Shown here: positions 49,687-58,208 of the stretch, in pieces
Position numbering within the stretch: the stretch's first letter is position 1
Layout of the letters: every line of letters begins with the position of its first letter
Assembly: GCA_034439575.1 (NCBI GenBank)
Contig: JAWXAQ010000015.1
Coordinates: 128,001 to 192,000 of the forward strand
DNA length: 64,000 bases
Origin: Leptospira sp.
GTDB taxonomy: Bacteria; Spirochaetota; Leptospiria; Leptospirales; Leptospiraceae
Direction of reading: 5' to 3'
Position numbers and translations under genes: made by a program
Notes under the pieces: model-generated
What the model was told of the DNA's origin: nothing
Databases searched by the model: none
Seen by the model: only the letters and a program-made list of their open reading frames with translations

Positions 49687-52165
49687 AGTTATACTAATCT
49701 TTTTAGTGAGTTTTTTATCCTCACCTTTATTCGCGGTTAGCGTCAAAGCGAAGCTATTTAATGCGAAAACAGAAAAGGGAGAGAAAAATTTATCAGTCAT
49801 GGTGTTTGAAACAAAGAAATTTTTTCAAACTGATGACGAAGGAAATGTAAATTTAGAATTTCCAAGTCCAGGGGAATATACCTTACGATTACTGAAAGAT
49901 ACGGGTGCTGTTGATATAAAGTTAACAGTTTCTTCTGATGAACGTCGAACTATTTATACGGATAAAAAAGCTCCGCCAAAAGGTGGGATCACTGTCGAAG
50001 GAGAGCGAGAAAAAACAGTAGCTTCACGAACTAAGGTTCGTTATGACGAAATTAAACGAATGCCAGGAACTTTTGGAGAAGCCCTAAGAGCCCTGGAAAC
50101 ACTCCCAGGTGTGATACCAAATATCGGATTTGGTGGTGGTGCCAATGGAATCATAGTTCGGGGTGCAGATCCACAATCAAATACTTATTTATATGATGAT
50201 TTACCGATTCTCTATGCATACCATTTAGATGGATTAACATCTGTTATTCACAATGATCTAATCAAATCGATTGATTTATACCGTGGTGCCTTTCCAGCTA
50301 ATTTTAACAATGCGACAGGTGGTGTGATTGAGATAGAAACTATCGATACGGTTCAAAAAACAAAAGGTGCTTTTCAAGTGTCTCTTTGGAATACTACTGC
50401 TTATACGGCAACCCCATTCGCCAACGGTAAGGGGTATGTGGCTGTAGGTGGAAAATATGGTTACTTAGATAGAACCTTAGGCCAATCAGGCTTACTTCCC
50501 GAAGGAATTCGTCTCCCTAGATATAATGACTCACAAGTAAAATTTGTATATAATTTTACTCAAGAACACCAAATATCATTCTATAACCTAACAGCTCAAG
50601 ATAACTTTGCAATTAATGTTCCTAATAAACCCGAAAATGATCCTACAAAAGATAGTTTAGGAACTTTCTCGGCCGCTCGTGCCAATTTTGGTCAAAGTTT
50701 TAGAACTACCGCTCTTCGATATTCTTGGATACCGAGTGAAAAATTTCAGAACAGACTTACTCTGATTAACTATGATCCTATCCAAGAGTACAATGTCGGA
50801 ATCGGATCAATTGTTGGAAAAGCATTTACAAGATCGGCTTATTTAGGACTTAGACAAGATGCTACTTGGACAGTAAACACTATGTTTAAAATTGATTTTG
50901 GATCGGAATATAGAAAACTCGCATTCAGAAGTTATGGTGATGAGGTCAAACTTCGAGATCCGACAAATCCTTCGCCAAATCCGTACAATACGACAAATCC
51001 AGATTTTTTCACACAGCCAGCAAGATCTGTCGGTTCCTCAGCATATTACAATGCTTATACGACAGTTCATGTTAAAATGGGTAATTTCGCGTTCGAACCA
51101 GGGGTTCGTTATGATCACTTAGAAGCTACAAAAAATGGAGCTCTAGGACCGAGAGCCACTATTTCCTATACTTTCCCCGAAGTGGGCAAAGGACTTACAA
51201 TTTTTGGAAGTGGTGGAGATTTAGCAAGATTTCCACAAACCACAGTATTTAATCCAGACTCAGGTAATCCTGATTTAAAATTTGAAAAAGTCCGCAAAAC
51301 GGGCGTTGGTTTAGATCAGAAAATTACAAATACTTACGATGTTAAATTTGAAGTCTTTAAAAATGAGTTCAAAGATACAATCGTTAGTGATCCATACGCA
51401 TCCATACCAATTGGCCTAAACCCAGATAAAAACCAATGGCTTTCACAACCTCTTGTTTCAAATCGTCCTCTCAATTATTCAAATAAAGGAAATGGTTGGT
51501 CACATGGTTATGAAGTGATGGTGAGAAAAAATTCTAAACCAGGCGCTAGAGATTGGTTTGGTTGGTTATCATATACTTGGTCACAATCATTTTCAAACAC
51601 AAATATTTATAAAATTTATGATGGTGATACTTTTCAATATTCTTCTGTAGAGCGTAAAGTTTTAGCCGAATATGCTAACAATTCTAAGGAACAACTCGCG
51701 ACCTGGGATAGAACGCATGTTATCAATGCTGTCTATGGTTGGAGAATGACGGAGGAATACCAGTTAGGTGGAAGATGGAGTTATTTGACATCTACACCTT
51801 ACCGACCTATCACTGGTGACGATGGTGGAAAATTCACAAATCCTGCAAATGGCATTACATATTGGAATGATACATATTCAAACAACCCTTATACGGCAGA
51901 ATATGGCAATGTGAAACGTGGAGCCGATTACCATCGATTAGATATAAGGCTAGATATTTTCGAAAACTATTCTTGGGGATATTTGAATTGGTATCTTGAA
52001 ATAGTGAATGTTTATTTGAGAAAAAATACAAATGGACAAAGTTATGATAACTCGAGACCTTTTTCAGCGACCAACCCAACGCCAGCTCAAACATTTGGAA
52101 CATTAGAACTTCCAAATCGAACAATCATACCATTTTTTAACATAGGAATGGAGGCACATTTCTAA
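49658..52165 (+). CDS. TonB-dependent outer-membrane receptor with N-terminal extension
   Basis: Signal peptide, TDDEG..L...GEY.L N-terminal domain, plug LETLPGV..IIVRG..GGVIEI, EPGVRYD, terminal Phe. Confidence 0.93.
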   Translation: MKSANKQLSKVILIFLVSFLSSPLFAVSVKAKLFNAKTEKGEKNLSVMVFETKKFFQTDDEGNVNLEFPSPGEYTLRLLKDTGAVDIKLTVSSDERRTIYTDKKAPPKGGITVEGEREKTVASRTKVRYDEIKRMPGTFGEALRALETLPGVIPNIGFGGGANGIIVRGADPQSNTYLYDDLPILYAYHLDGLTSVIHNDLIKSIDLYRGAFPANFNNATGGVIEIETIDTVQKTKGAFQVSLWNTTAYTATPFANGKGYVAVGGKYGYLDRTLGQSGLLPEGIRLPRYNDSQVKFVYNFTQEHQISFYNLTAQDNFAINVPNKPENDPTKDSLGTFSAARANFGQSFRTTALRYSWIPSEKFQNRLTLINYDPIQEYNVGIGSIVGKAFTRSAYLGLRQDATWTVNTMFKIDFGSEYRKLAFRSYGDEVKLRDPTNPSPNPYNTTNPDFFTQPARSVGSSAYYNAYTTVHVKMGNFAFEPGVRYDHLEATKNGALGPRATISYTFPEVGKGLTIFGSGGDLARFPQTTVFNPDSGNPDLKFEKVRKTGVGLDQKITNTYDVKFEVFKNEFKDTIVSDPYASIPIGLNPDKNQWLSQPLVSNRPLNYSNKGNGWSHGYEVMVRKNSKPGARDWFGWLSYTWSQSFSNTNIYKIYDGDTFQYSSVERKVLAEYANNSKEQLATWDRTHVINAVYGWRMTEEYQLGGRWSYLTSTPYRPITGDDGGKFTNPANGITYWNDTYSNNPYTAEYGNVKRGADYHRLDIRLDIFENYSWGYLNWYLEIVNVYLRKNTNGQSYDNSRPFSATNPTPAQTFGTLELPNRTIIPFFNIGMEAHF

Positions 52166-52683
52166 TGAAAGTTAGCTTATCTATTTTATTATTTATTTTT
52201 GCTTTTTCTTGCCTGATTCAATGTAAAGCGAAAGAGAGCTCTTACCAAGAAGATTACAACAATATAATTTTGTTACAATTGGCGACGGCACCTAACAATC
52301 CGACTCCAGTTTGTGTTAATTTATTAAAAAAACAAACAGAATGCCTAACAGCTCGTGCAACTTCACTTGGCATCATCACACCTCTTAGTTCTGATGAAAC
52401 GTATTCAAATCAGTGTACGACTTTACTTCAATCGAATCAATTCAACACGATGTCGCCAATATCTCAGACTTGCGTTTTAACATGCCAAGAAACAGATTGG
52501 AAAACAAAGGTATCGTCGGGCGAATGTACGACTTCAACTCCAAGTAGTTTGATTGCTTCTAGTAGCTCAAATATAACAGTTAGGAATTGTATACGTTCTT
52601 GTTTTCAAACTACGAATGGTGTCGTTTCAGATTCTGATATTTCGAAATTATTGATTTTTAATTTTATACAAAACGGAGATTAA
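52165..52683 (+). CDS. Cys-rich lipoprotein
   Basis: Signal peptide ending IQC and eight further Cys including two CxxxC pairs; TAATG coupling to the receptor gene. Confidence 0.75.
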   Translation: MKVSLSILLFIFAFSCLIQCKAKESSYQEDYNNIILLQLATAPNNPTPVCVNLLKKQTECLTARATSLGIITPLSSDETYSNQCTTLLQSNQFNTMSPISQTCVLTCQETDWKTKVSSGECTTSTPSSLIASSSSNITVRNCIRSCFQTTNGVVSDSDISKLLIFNFIQNGD

Positions 52684-52684
52684 C

Positions 52685-53299
52685 ATGCAGGAATTTGTTG
52701 AAATCGGAGAAAACTTAGTCTTCTTGGCTATGACCATTGCGAGTGTTGTCGCATTTGCTGTCTTTCTAGAAAGACTACTTTATTTTCGTAAAACTATGGG
52801 AAAAGTAAACGAAACTTTCCTAACAGAAGTTAGAAGCTCTCTACACGAAAAACCTGAAATCTCTTGGGAAGCACCTTTGACACATACTTCCTCCTATTGG
52901 AGATTCGTACACTTTGCCTTAAGACAAATTGGCCTAGGCAGAAAAGGTCTAGATGAAAGTCTTGAAGGACAAATACTTTCTGAAAAACTGGAACTAGAAA
53001 AAAGATTACCGATTCTCAATACTCTAGGAAACAATGCACCGTTTATTGGACTTCTGGGCACTGTTCTTGGTGTTATCAAAGCTTTTTATGGTTTGGGGAC
53101 ACTCGGAGCTTCTGGCGCCGATGTTGTTATGCGATCTATTTCTACTGCACTTCTTGCGACAGCTGCTGGCCTAGGTGTTGCTATTCCCGTTGTTATGGCG
53201 AATAACTATTTTTCCCGCAAAGCTAAAGTAATACTTCAAAACTTGGAAATTTTAAAGAAGGAATTTATCTCGTTTCAAATGAATAAAACGAAGGTATAA
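52685..53299 (+). CDS. exbB: MotA/TolQ/ExbB proton channel
   Basis: APFIGLLGTVLGVI.AF and ISTALLATAAGLGVAIP motifs. Confidence 0.93.
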   Translation: MQEFVEIGENLVFLAMTIASVVAFAVFLERLLYFRKTMGKVNETFLTEVRSSLHEKPEISWEAPLTHTSSYWRFVHFALRQIGLGRKGLDESLEGQILSEKLELEKRLPILNTLGNNAPFIGLLGTVLGVIKAFYGLGTLGASGADVVMRSISTALLATAAGLGVAIPVVMANNYFSRKAKVILQNLEILKKEFISFQMNKTKV

Positions 53300-53301
53300 T
53301 C

Positions 53302-53700
53302 ATGGCACAGTCAAGTTCACAAGACGAAGAAATTGGAAGCATTAACATCACACCTATGGTGGATGTGATATTAGTACTTCTTGTTATCTTTATGGTAACA
53401 GCAAACTTTCTTAAAAAAGAAAGTATTAACATTAATTTGCCGAAGGTTCAAGCAGCGGATCCTAATGTTGCAGAATCCATCCAAGTAGCTATGACCAAAA
53501 CTGGTGGTATTTTGCTAGAAGGAAAAGATATACAAATCCCTGCTCTAGTAAAAGATCTTGAACGTAAATCAAAAATTAAACCTAACATGCGTTTGACTTT
53601 ATCGGCTGATGAATCCTTACCTTATGGTAAAATTACTGAACTTATGGGATTGATTCGTAAAGCTGGAGTTACAAAAATCGCACTCAGTGTAAAAAAATGA
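53302..53700 (+). CDS. exbD: ExbD/TolR
   Basis: INITPMVDVILVLLVIFMV and AD....YG motifs. Confidence 0.93.
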   Translation: MAQSSSQDEEIGSINITPMVDVILVLLVIFMVTANFLKKESININLPKVQAADPNVAESIQVAMTKTGGILLEGKDIQIPALVKDLERKSKIKPNMRLTLSADESLPYGKITELMGLIRKAGVTKIALSVKK

Positions 53701-54353
53701 AAAAAGTAAAAAAATATTTAGCTAAGGTTACTCATTCAGTTAGGCAGAACAAGGAACGTCTATTCCATATCTGTTTGATTTTAAGCTTTATATTACATAC
53801 TGGTTCTTATGCGGCTTATAAAATTAGTCAAATGCGAACAGACGAAGAGGTCACAGAATCATCTGAATTCGAAGATGTAGATCTTAATTTTGATGACATA
53901 CCACCTGAACTTATTGGAGGAACTTCTTCACCGGCACCTGTCGAAAAAAGTGAATGGGTTGAAGGAAGTAACAAAGATAAAGAAGATGAGCCTGATAATT
54001 CCGATCTAAATCCGAATCAATTATCAGGCAATGGAACTGATAAAGATGGATTTCTATTTTCATATAACGGTGATAAGCCTCCGACTCCGATAGTCGATTT
54101 TGATTTAAAAGATTATTTTCCACCGCAAGCAAGAGCCGCAAATATTTCAGAAAAAACTGTCATACTTTTAGTACAAGTAAACGAAGATGGAACTTTGGAA
54201 TCTGCTAAAATTGTAAGCGGAAAAGCTGGATACGGTTTTGATGAAGCAGCAATGAAGATTGCTAGCCGATTGCGTTTTAGCCCTGGTTATGTGCAAGGCC
54301 AACCGAGGAAAATGGCCCATCGAATGCCTATCAATTTTAACTTAGAGGATTAA
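53697..54353 (+). CDS. tonB: Energy transducer TonB
   Basis: TM S-x3-H motif (SFILH), acidic linker, and C-domain YFPPQAR...GFDEAA...FSPG. Confidence 0.88.
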   Translation: MKKVKKYLAKVTHSVRQNKERLFHICLILSFILHTGSYAAYKISQMRTDEEVTESSEFEDVDLNFDDIPPELIGGTSSPAPVEKSEWVEGSNKDKEDEPDNSDLNPNQLSGNGTDKDGFLFSYNGDKPPTPIVDFDLKDYFPPQARAANISEKTVILLVQVNEDGTLESAKIVSGKAGYGFDEAAMKIASRLRFSPGYVQGQPRKMAHRMPINFNLED

Positions 54354-54355
54354 TT

Positions 54356-56278
54356 TTGAATCGGTTTTTGTGGGAAAGGCTCGAGTCCTTTTTAACTAAA
54401 CCGATTTTGGTCATCAGTTTATTTTCTTTAACTATCATCTCTCTATTACATTTTCTAATTCTTTCTCCCATACTTTCTAACCAATCTATCTTTAATTCCT
54501 CCGGAAATACTAAAACTTTTTCATCCGATTCATATTATTTGTTAGGTGACTTACCAAAAATGCCAGATGGGAAATATAATTTCAAATCAACAAATGATAT
54601 ACTTTGGCCAAAATTTGATGTATATGTGGACACGGATTCTTTAGTAAGACTCGCCGCTTCTGAAATTGTATGGATTCGAGTAGATGGTATTGAACTAGAG
54701 GGTTTAGAAGAAAGATATTGTATGATTGATCACAATGGTACTTTCTTTCAAGTATACAATGATTCAGGAGATTTGTTATTTCAGTATGGAGATCCGAATG
54801 AAAAAGACAATCTTCCGAAATTTTTTGACAATGATTTTTCTTGGGTAAATCTTGGTAGTAAACCATCTAAGTTTTATTATGTGAAAAATACACATAGAAA
54901 GGATCAGTTATTCGGTGTTCAACCCGTACAAAATCGAATTGGTTCCAAACACGAAATATTAACAAAATTTGCTAAATCAAATTTACTTTCCTTATATCTT
55001 CATTCGTTCTTTGTCATAATTGGACTCATCTGTTCATTAGTATATTTCACTCAGTATGAAAAAAAGTATTATACTCTTTTGGATTTTTCGGTATTCACAT
55101 TCTTAATTGGTATATTAGGATTCACAAGTAGTGATTTTCTTAGGTTTCTTTCAAACGATAGACATACTTTATATTTAATTTCTACTATTTGCGCTAACAT
55201 AGTTTATATACCGATGCATTCTGGTCTAAAAAGACTATTTGGGCCTGGAAAATGGAATATTTTGACAATATTGATATTTTCTAATATTATAATAGGCATA
55301 TTTAACACTATTCTTGGTTTTAATTTAAATGACAATCCTGATATGATGGTTATTTTTCTAAGATTGCGATTCTTTTATTTGATATTCGCAATTATGAATT
55401 TTTTAGGGCCAATCATTGTAGCCTATTATGCTTGGAAACGAGGGATTGAGATTGCACTCGGGCATGTGATAGGTTTCTCATTCACGCTTGTGCTAGTTTC
55501 CATTGAAATATATTTGTCAATCCAGGACCAAACTTCCCTTACTCATGTAGCATACTGGGGAGTGTTATTTGGTGTTTTTGCACAAGGTTTGGCACTAGAA
55601 AAAATATTCTTTTCAAATAGACAAAGGATGCAACAGTTTGAGGCATCACTTATAATTGCCGAAAAGTCATTACAGGAAGTTCAATTAAAAACTCTACAAA
55701 CCAAACTTAGTCCCCATTACTTATTTAATTCGCTTAACACTATTCATGCGCTTCATCAAACAAAAGCAGAGCATGTTGGCGATGCTATACTCAGGTTAGC
55801 TAACAATTATAGATTTTTATCGGATAAAGCTGATCTCCCTCTTATCCCATTTAATGAAGAATGGTCTTTTATCGAAGACTTTCTACATTTACAAAAATTA
55901 AGATTTTATGATACTGTAAAGATTCATTTAACAAAAGAAGGTGATTTCAATAATGTATTGATCCCACCTTTAACACTTCAACCGATAGTTGAAAATTCCT
56001 TTAAACATGGATTTCGATATTCTAGTTCCACAAATTGGATGATAGATATTACTGCGAAAATTGATAACAAAGGAAACTTACATTTAAAAATTGCCGATAC
56101 TGGTGCTGGTATAGACGACACGATTCCTTTGGATGATGAAAAAATTTGGAGTCGGTCACTTGGAAATATCAAAACAAGATTATTGCATCATTATAGTTAT
56201 GCGAATATAAAAATTACAAAAAATAACCCTTCCGGTCTGGTGACTACAATACTAATCGAAAAACCTAATTCTTTATAA
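54356..56278 (+). CDS. LytS/YehU-type sensor histidine kinase with periplasmic domain and 7TM region
   Basis: LSPHYLFNSLN, IPPLTLQPIVENSFKHG and DTGAG motifs; TTG start 2 nt after tonB. Confidence 0.92.
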   Translation: MNRFLWERLESFLTKPILVISLFSLTIISLLHFLILSPILSNQSIFNSSGNTKTFSSDSYYLLGDLPKMPDGKYNFKSTNDILWPKFDVYVDTDSLVRLAASEIVWIRVDGIELEGLEERYCMIDHNGTFFQVYNDSGDLLFQYGDPNEKDNLPKFFDNDFSWVNLGSKPSKFYYVKNTHRKDQLFGVQPVQNRIGSKHEILTKFAKSNLLSLYLHSFFVIIGLICSLVYFTQYEKKYYTLLDFSVFTFLIGILGFTSSDFLRFLSNDRHTLYLISTICANIVYIPMHSGLKRLFGPGKWNILTILIFSNIIIGIFNTILGFNLNDNPDMMVIFLRLRFFYLIFAIMNFLGPIIVAYYAWKRGIEIALGHVIGFSFTLVLVSIEIYLSIQDQTSLTHVAYWGVLFGVFAQGLALEKIFFSNRQRMQQFEASLIIAEKSLQEVQLKTLQTKLSPHYLFNSLNTIHALHQTKAEHVGDAILRLANNYRFLSDKADLPLIPFNEEWSFIEDFLHLQKLRFYDTVKIHLTKEGDFNNVLIPPLTLQPIVENSFKHGFRYSSSTNWMIDITAKIDNKGNLHLKIADTGAGIDDTIPLDDEKIWSRSLGNIKTRLLHHYSYANIKITKNNPSGLVTTILIEKPNSL

Positions 56279-56834
56279 TAATTTTACGTAATTGCTCAGA
56301 AATGACATTGGCAGAAGTCCCACCAGGTAAGGCAGCGATTTGATTTATATTTTCATCCAAGATATAGATAAAATTTGAATGCTCAACTGTGTAAGAGTTT
56401 CCAAAATTAACTTTCTTATTGATTAATCCAAATATTTCACCTAACCTTAATATGCTTTCGTTTGTTGGTGATAGGGCTACCAGTTTGCCTCCGGGAAATT
56501 GTTTTGAATAATTCTCTAATAATGTAGGATTATCTCTTTCTGTATCCAAAGTCACAAATACAAATCGCACCTGATTCCCAAGTGGGCCAAGGATCAACGA
56601 GGCTCGACCAAAATTTGTCAAAGCTAAAGGACACATATCTGGACAATGGGAAAAGCCAAAATATAACACGGTGTAACCTTTGTTCCAAAATTCGGGCGAT
56701 AGCAAATTTCCATTCGGTAAGGTAAATTTCAGATGTGAAATCTCTGATTTATCCCTTGAGGCATCACCCAAATAATGACAATTCATCGTAAAACACATAA
56801 GAGATAGAGCTAGGTGAAGATAAAATAATCTCAT
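56265..56834 (-). CDS. SCO1/SenC copper chaperone, probable lipoprotein
   Basis: YFGFSHCPDMCP, VTLD.ERD and VEHS motifs; ATGA overlap with the oxidase gene. Confidence 0.92.
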   Translation of the reverse strand: MRLFYLHLALSLMCFTMNCHYLGDASRDKSEISHLKFTLPNGNLLSPEFWNKGYTVLYFGFSHCPDMCPLALTNFGRASLILGPLGNQVRFVFVTLDTERDNPTLLENYSKQFPGGKLVALSPTNESILRLGEIFGLINKKVNFGNSYTVEHSNFIYILDENINQIAALPGGTSANVISEQLRKIIIKN

Positions 56835-57871
56835 ACTGCCACTATCCAACCCATGGCACCATTCTCTGCCATATGTGTTTGGTGGGGATGAAACATATAA
56901 CGACCTTTCTTTGGTAAAGTAAATTCTATGATCGCTCTTTCTGTTGGTCCGAGTGATACGACATCCGAATGCCCATCAGGTTTAGTACTTCCTAAATTTC
57001 TAATGATATCAAATGTTTGGGCATGTAAGTGAAATGTCAAAATAGGATCTCTTTCTAATAAATTCTGAATATAAAAACGAACTTTTGAACCGACGGGAAC
57101 TTTCATCGGATAACGATCATATAAACCTGAAACTCCATTCCAAGTATAAAAATCATTTACCCCTCTGTTTTTTGTGTCCCAGCCAGAAAATGTTAATACA
57201 AATTCATGTGCAGGTGTCCTTGGAATCAATGGATCTACAATCAAAGTACCAAACAATCCTTTAGCTGTATGAAGTGTTAGCGGGGGTACATGACAATGGT
57301 ATGGATGAATTCCAACTGGCCCCGCTGTAATTTTATAAATTTTTTCACCAAAGGCTGGGATAGGTTCCCAACCATCCTCATTGGGATCATGTGATCCATG
57401 AAAATGTATAGAATGAGGATCAGGGCTAGAATTTTGAACTTTAATATTTAAAACATCGTTTAATCGAACTCTAATAATGGGACCAGGAACTAGTCCATCA
57501 AAAGTCCAAGCAGGATAACTTACGCTATGTGCTATATCCACATTTAAAGGAAATACTTTTAAATCAAAATTTTTTACTTTCTTCGAATCCGGACTGTAGT
57601 TTGGAGGAAAATAAAACCTTTCCGCATATTCACTTGTTATATGAAAGGGAGGATGTGCCATGCTCCCATATTGGTTAGTGGCTCTTAAACTTCCATTCGC
57701 ACCAAGGCTACCCGAATAAAGATCTACTGTCGTATTTGGATTTGGAACAGAAGAGCTACAAACATCATTAGATCCATACACGGTATTTGTTGTTTTATAG
57801 GAGCCGAATAATGCCCCAAAAAAACCAGTAGCTCCAAAACCTAATGTTGTAAGAAAACTCTTCCTATCCAT
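56831..57871 (-). CDS. Two-domain multicopper oxidase (type C), Tat-like signal
   Basis: MDRKSFL signal; domain 1 HSIHFH and YHCH-x6-H; domain 2 FHLH and FHPH. Confidence 0.88.
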   Translation of the reverse strand: MDRKSFLTTLGFGATGFFGALFGSYKTTNTVYGSNDVCSSSVPNPNTTVDLYSGSLGANGSLRATNQYGSMAHPPFHITSEYAERFYFPPNYSPDSKKVKNFDLKVFPLNVDIAHSVSYPAWTFDGLVPGPIIRVRLNDVLNIKVQNSSPDPHSIHFHGSHDPNEDGWEPIPAFGEKIYKITAGPVGIHPYHCHVPPLTLHTAKGLFGTLIVDPLIPRTPAHEFVLTFSGWDTKNRGVNDFYTWNGVSGLYDRYPMKVPVGSKVRFYIQNLLERDPILTFHLHAQTFDIIRNLGSTKPDGHSDVVSLGPTERAIIEFTLPKKGRYMFHPHQTHMAENGAMGWIVAV

Positions 57872-57874
57872 GGA

Positions 57875-58189
57875 TTAAATCTGACTGATTAAACTCAATA
57901 TCCAAACTACAACCAACACACCAAATCCACCAAGCACGGCAGTATATCTGAATTTTTTATTCAAATGGGATTGATTTGAAAGTAGAAAAATACCACCACC
58001 AAACATCGGTACGAGTAAGATCACAAAAGACCAGATGGTAGATGTTAAAGTTGATGTTTCCTTTTGTTGCGACAAATCATAAAGCGCTATAGGCGCCCAA
58101 ACAGTAGTTAAAACGAAAGGCAAGTAATATGCGTAAGAACCTAAAAAGTAAGTCCAAGCGCTGGCATTTGATAACATTGTTGATTCCAT
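57875..58189 (-). CDS. Small 3-TM protein, PLDc_N-like
   Basis: W...ALYDL...W..VILLVP..G...F motif; AGGAG RBS. Confidence 0.75.
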   Translation of the reverse strand: MESTMLSNASAWTYFLGSYAYYLPFVLTTVWAPIALYDLSQQKETSTLTSTIWSFVILLVPMFGGGIFLLSNQSHLNKKFRYTAVLGGFGVLVVVWILSLISQI

Positions 58190-58208
58190 AAAATTCTCCT
58201 TTTTTCCA

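Noticed and set aside
18396-56278. Repeated short 3' overlaps of convergent genes (18396-18409, 29174-29177, 41241-41244, 45382-45389, 56265-56278)
   Set aside because: These are common in compact AT-rich genomes, and there is no evidence of a dedicated antisense mechanism.
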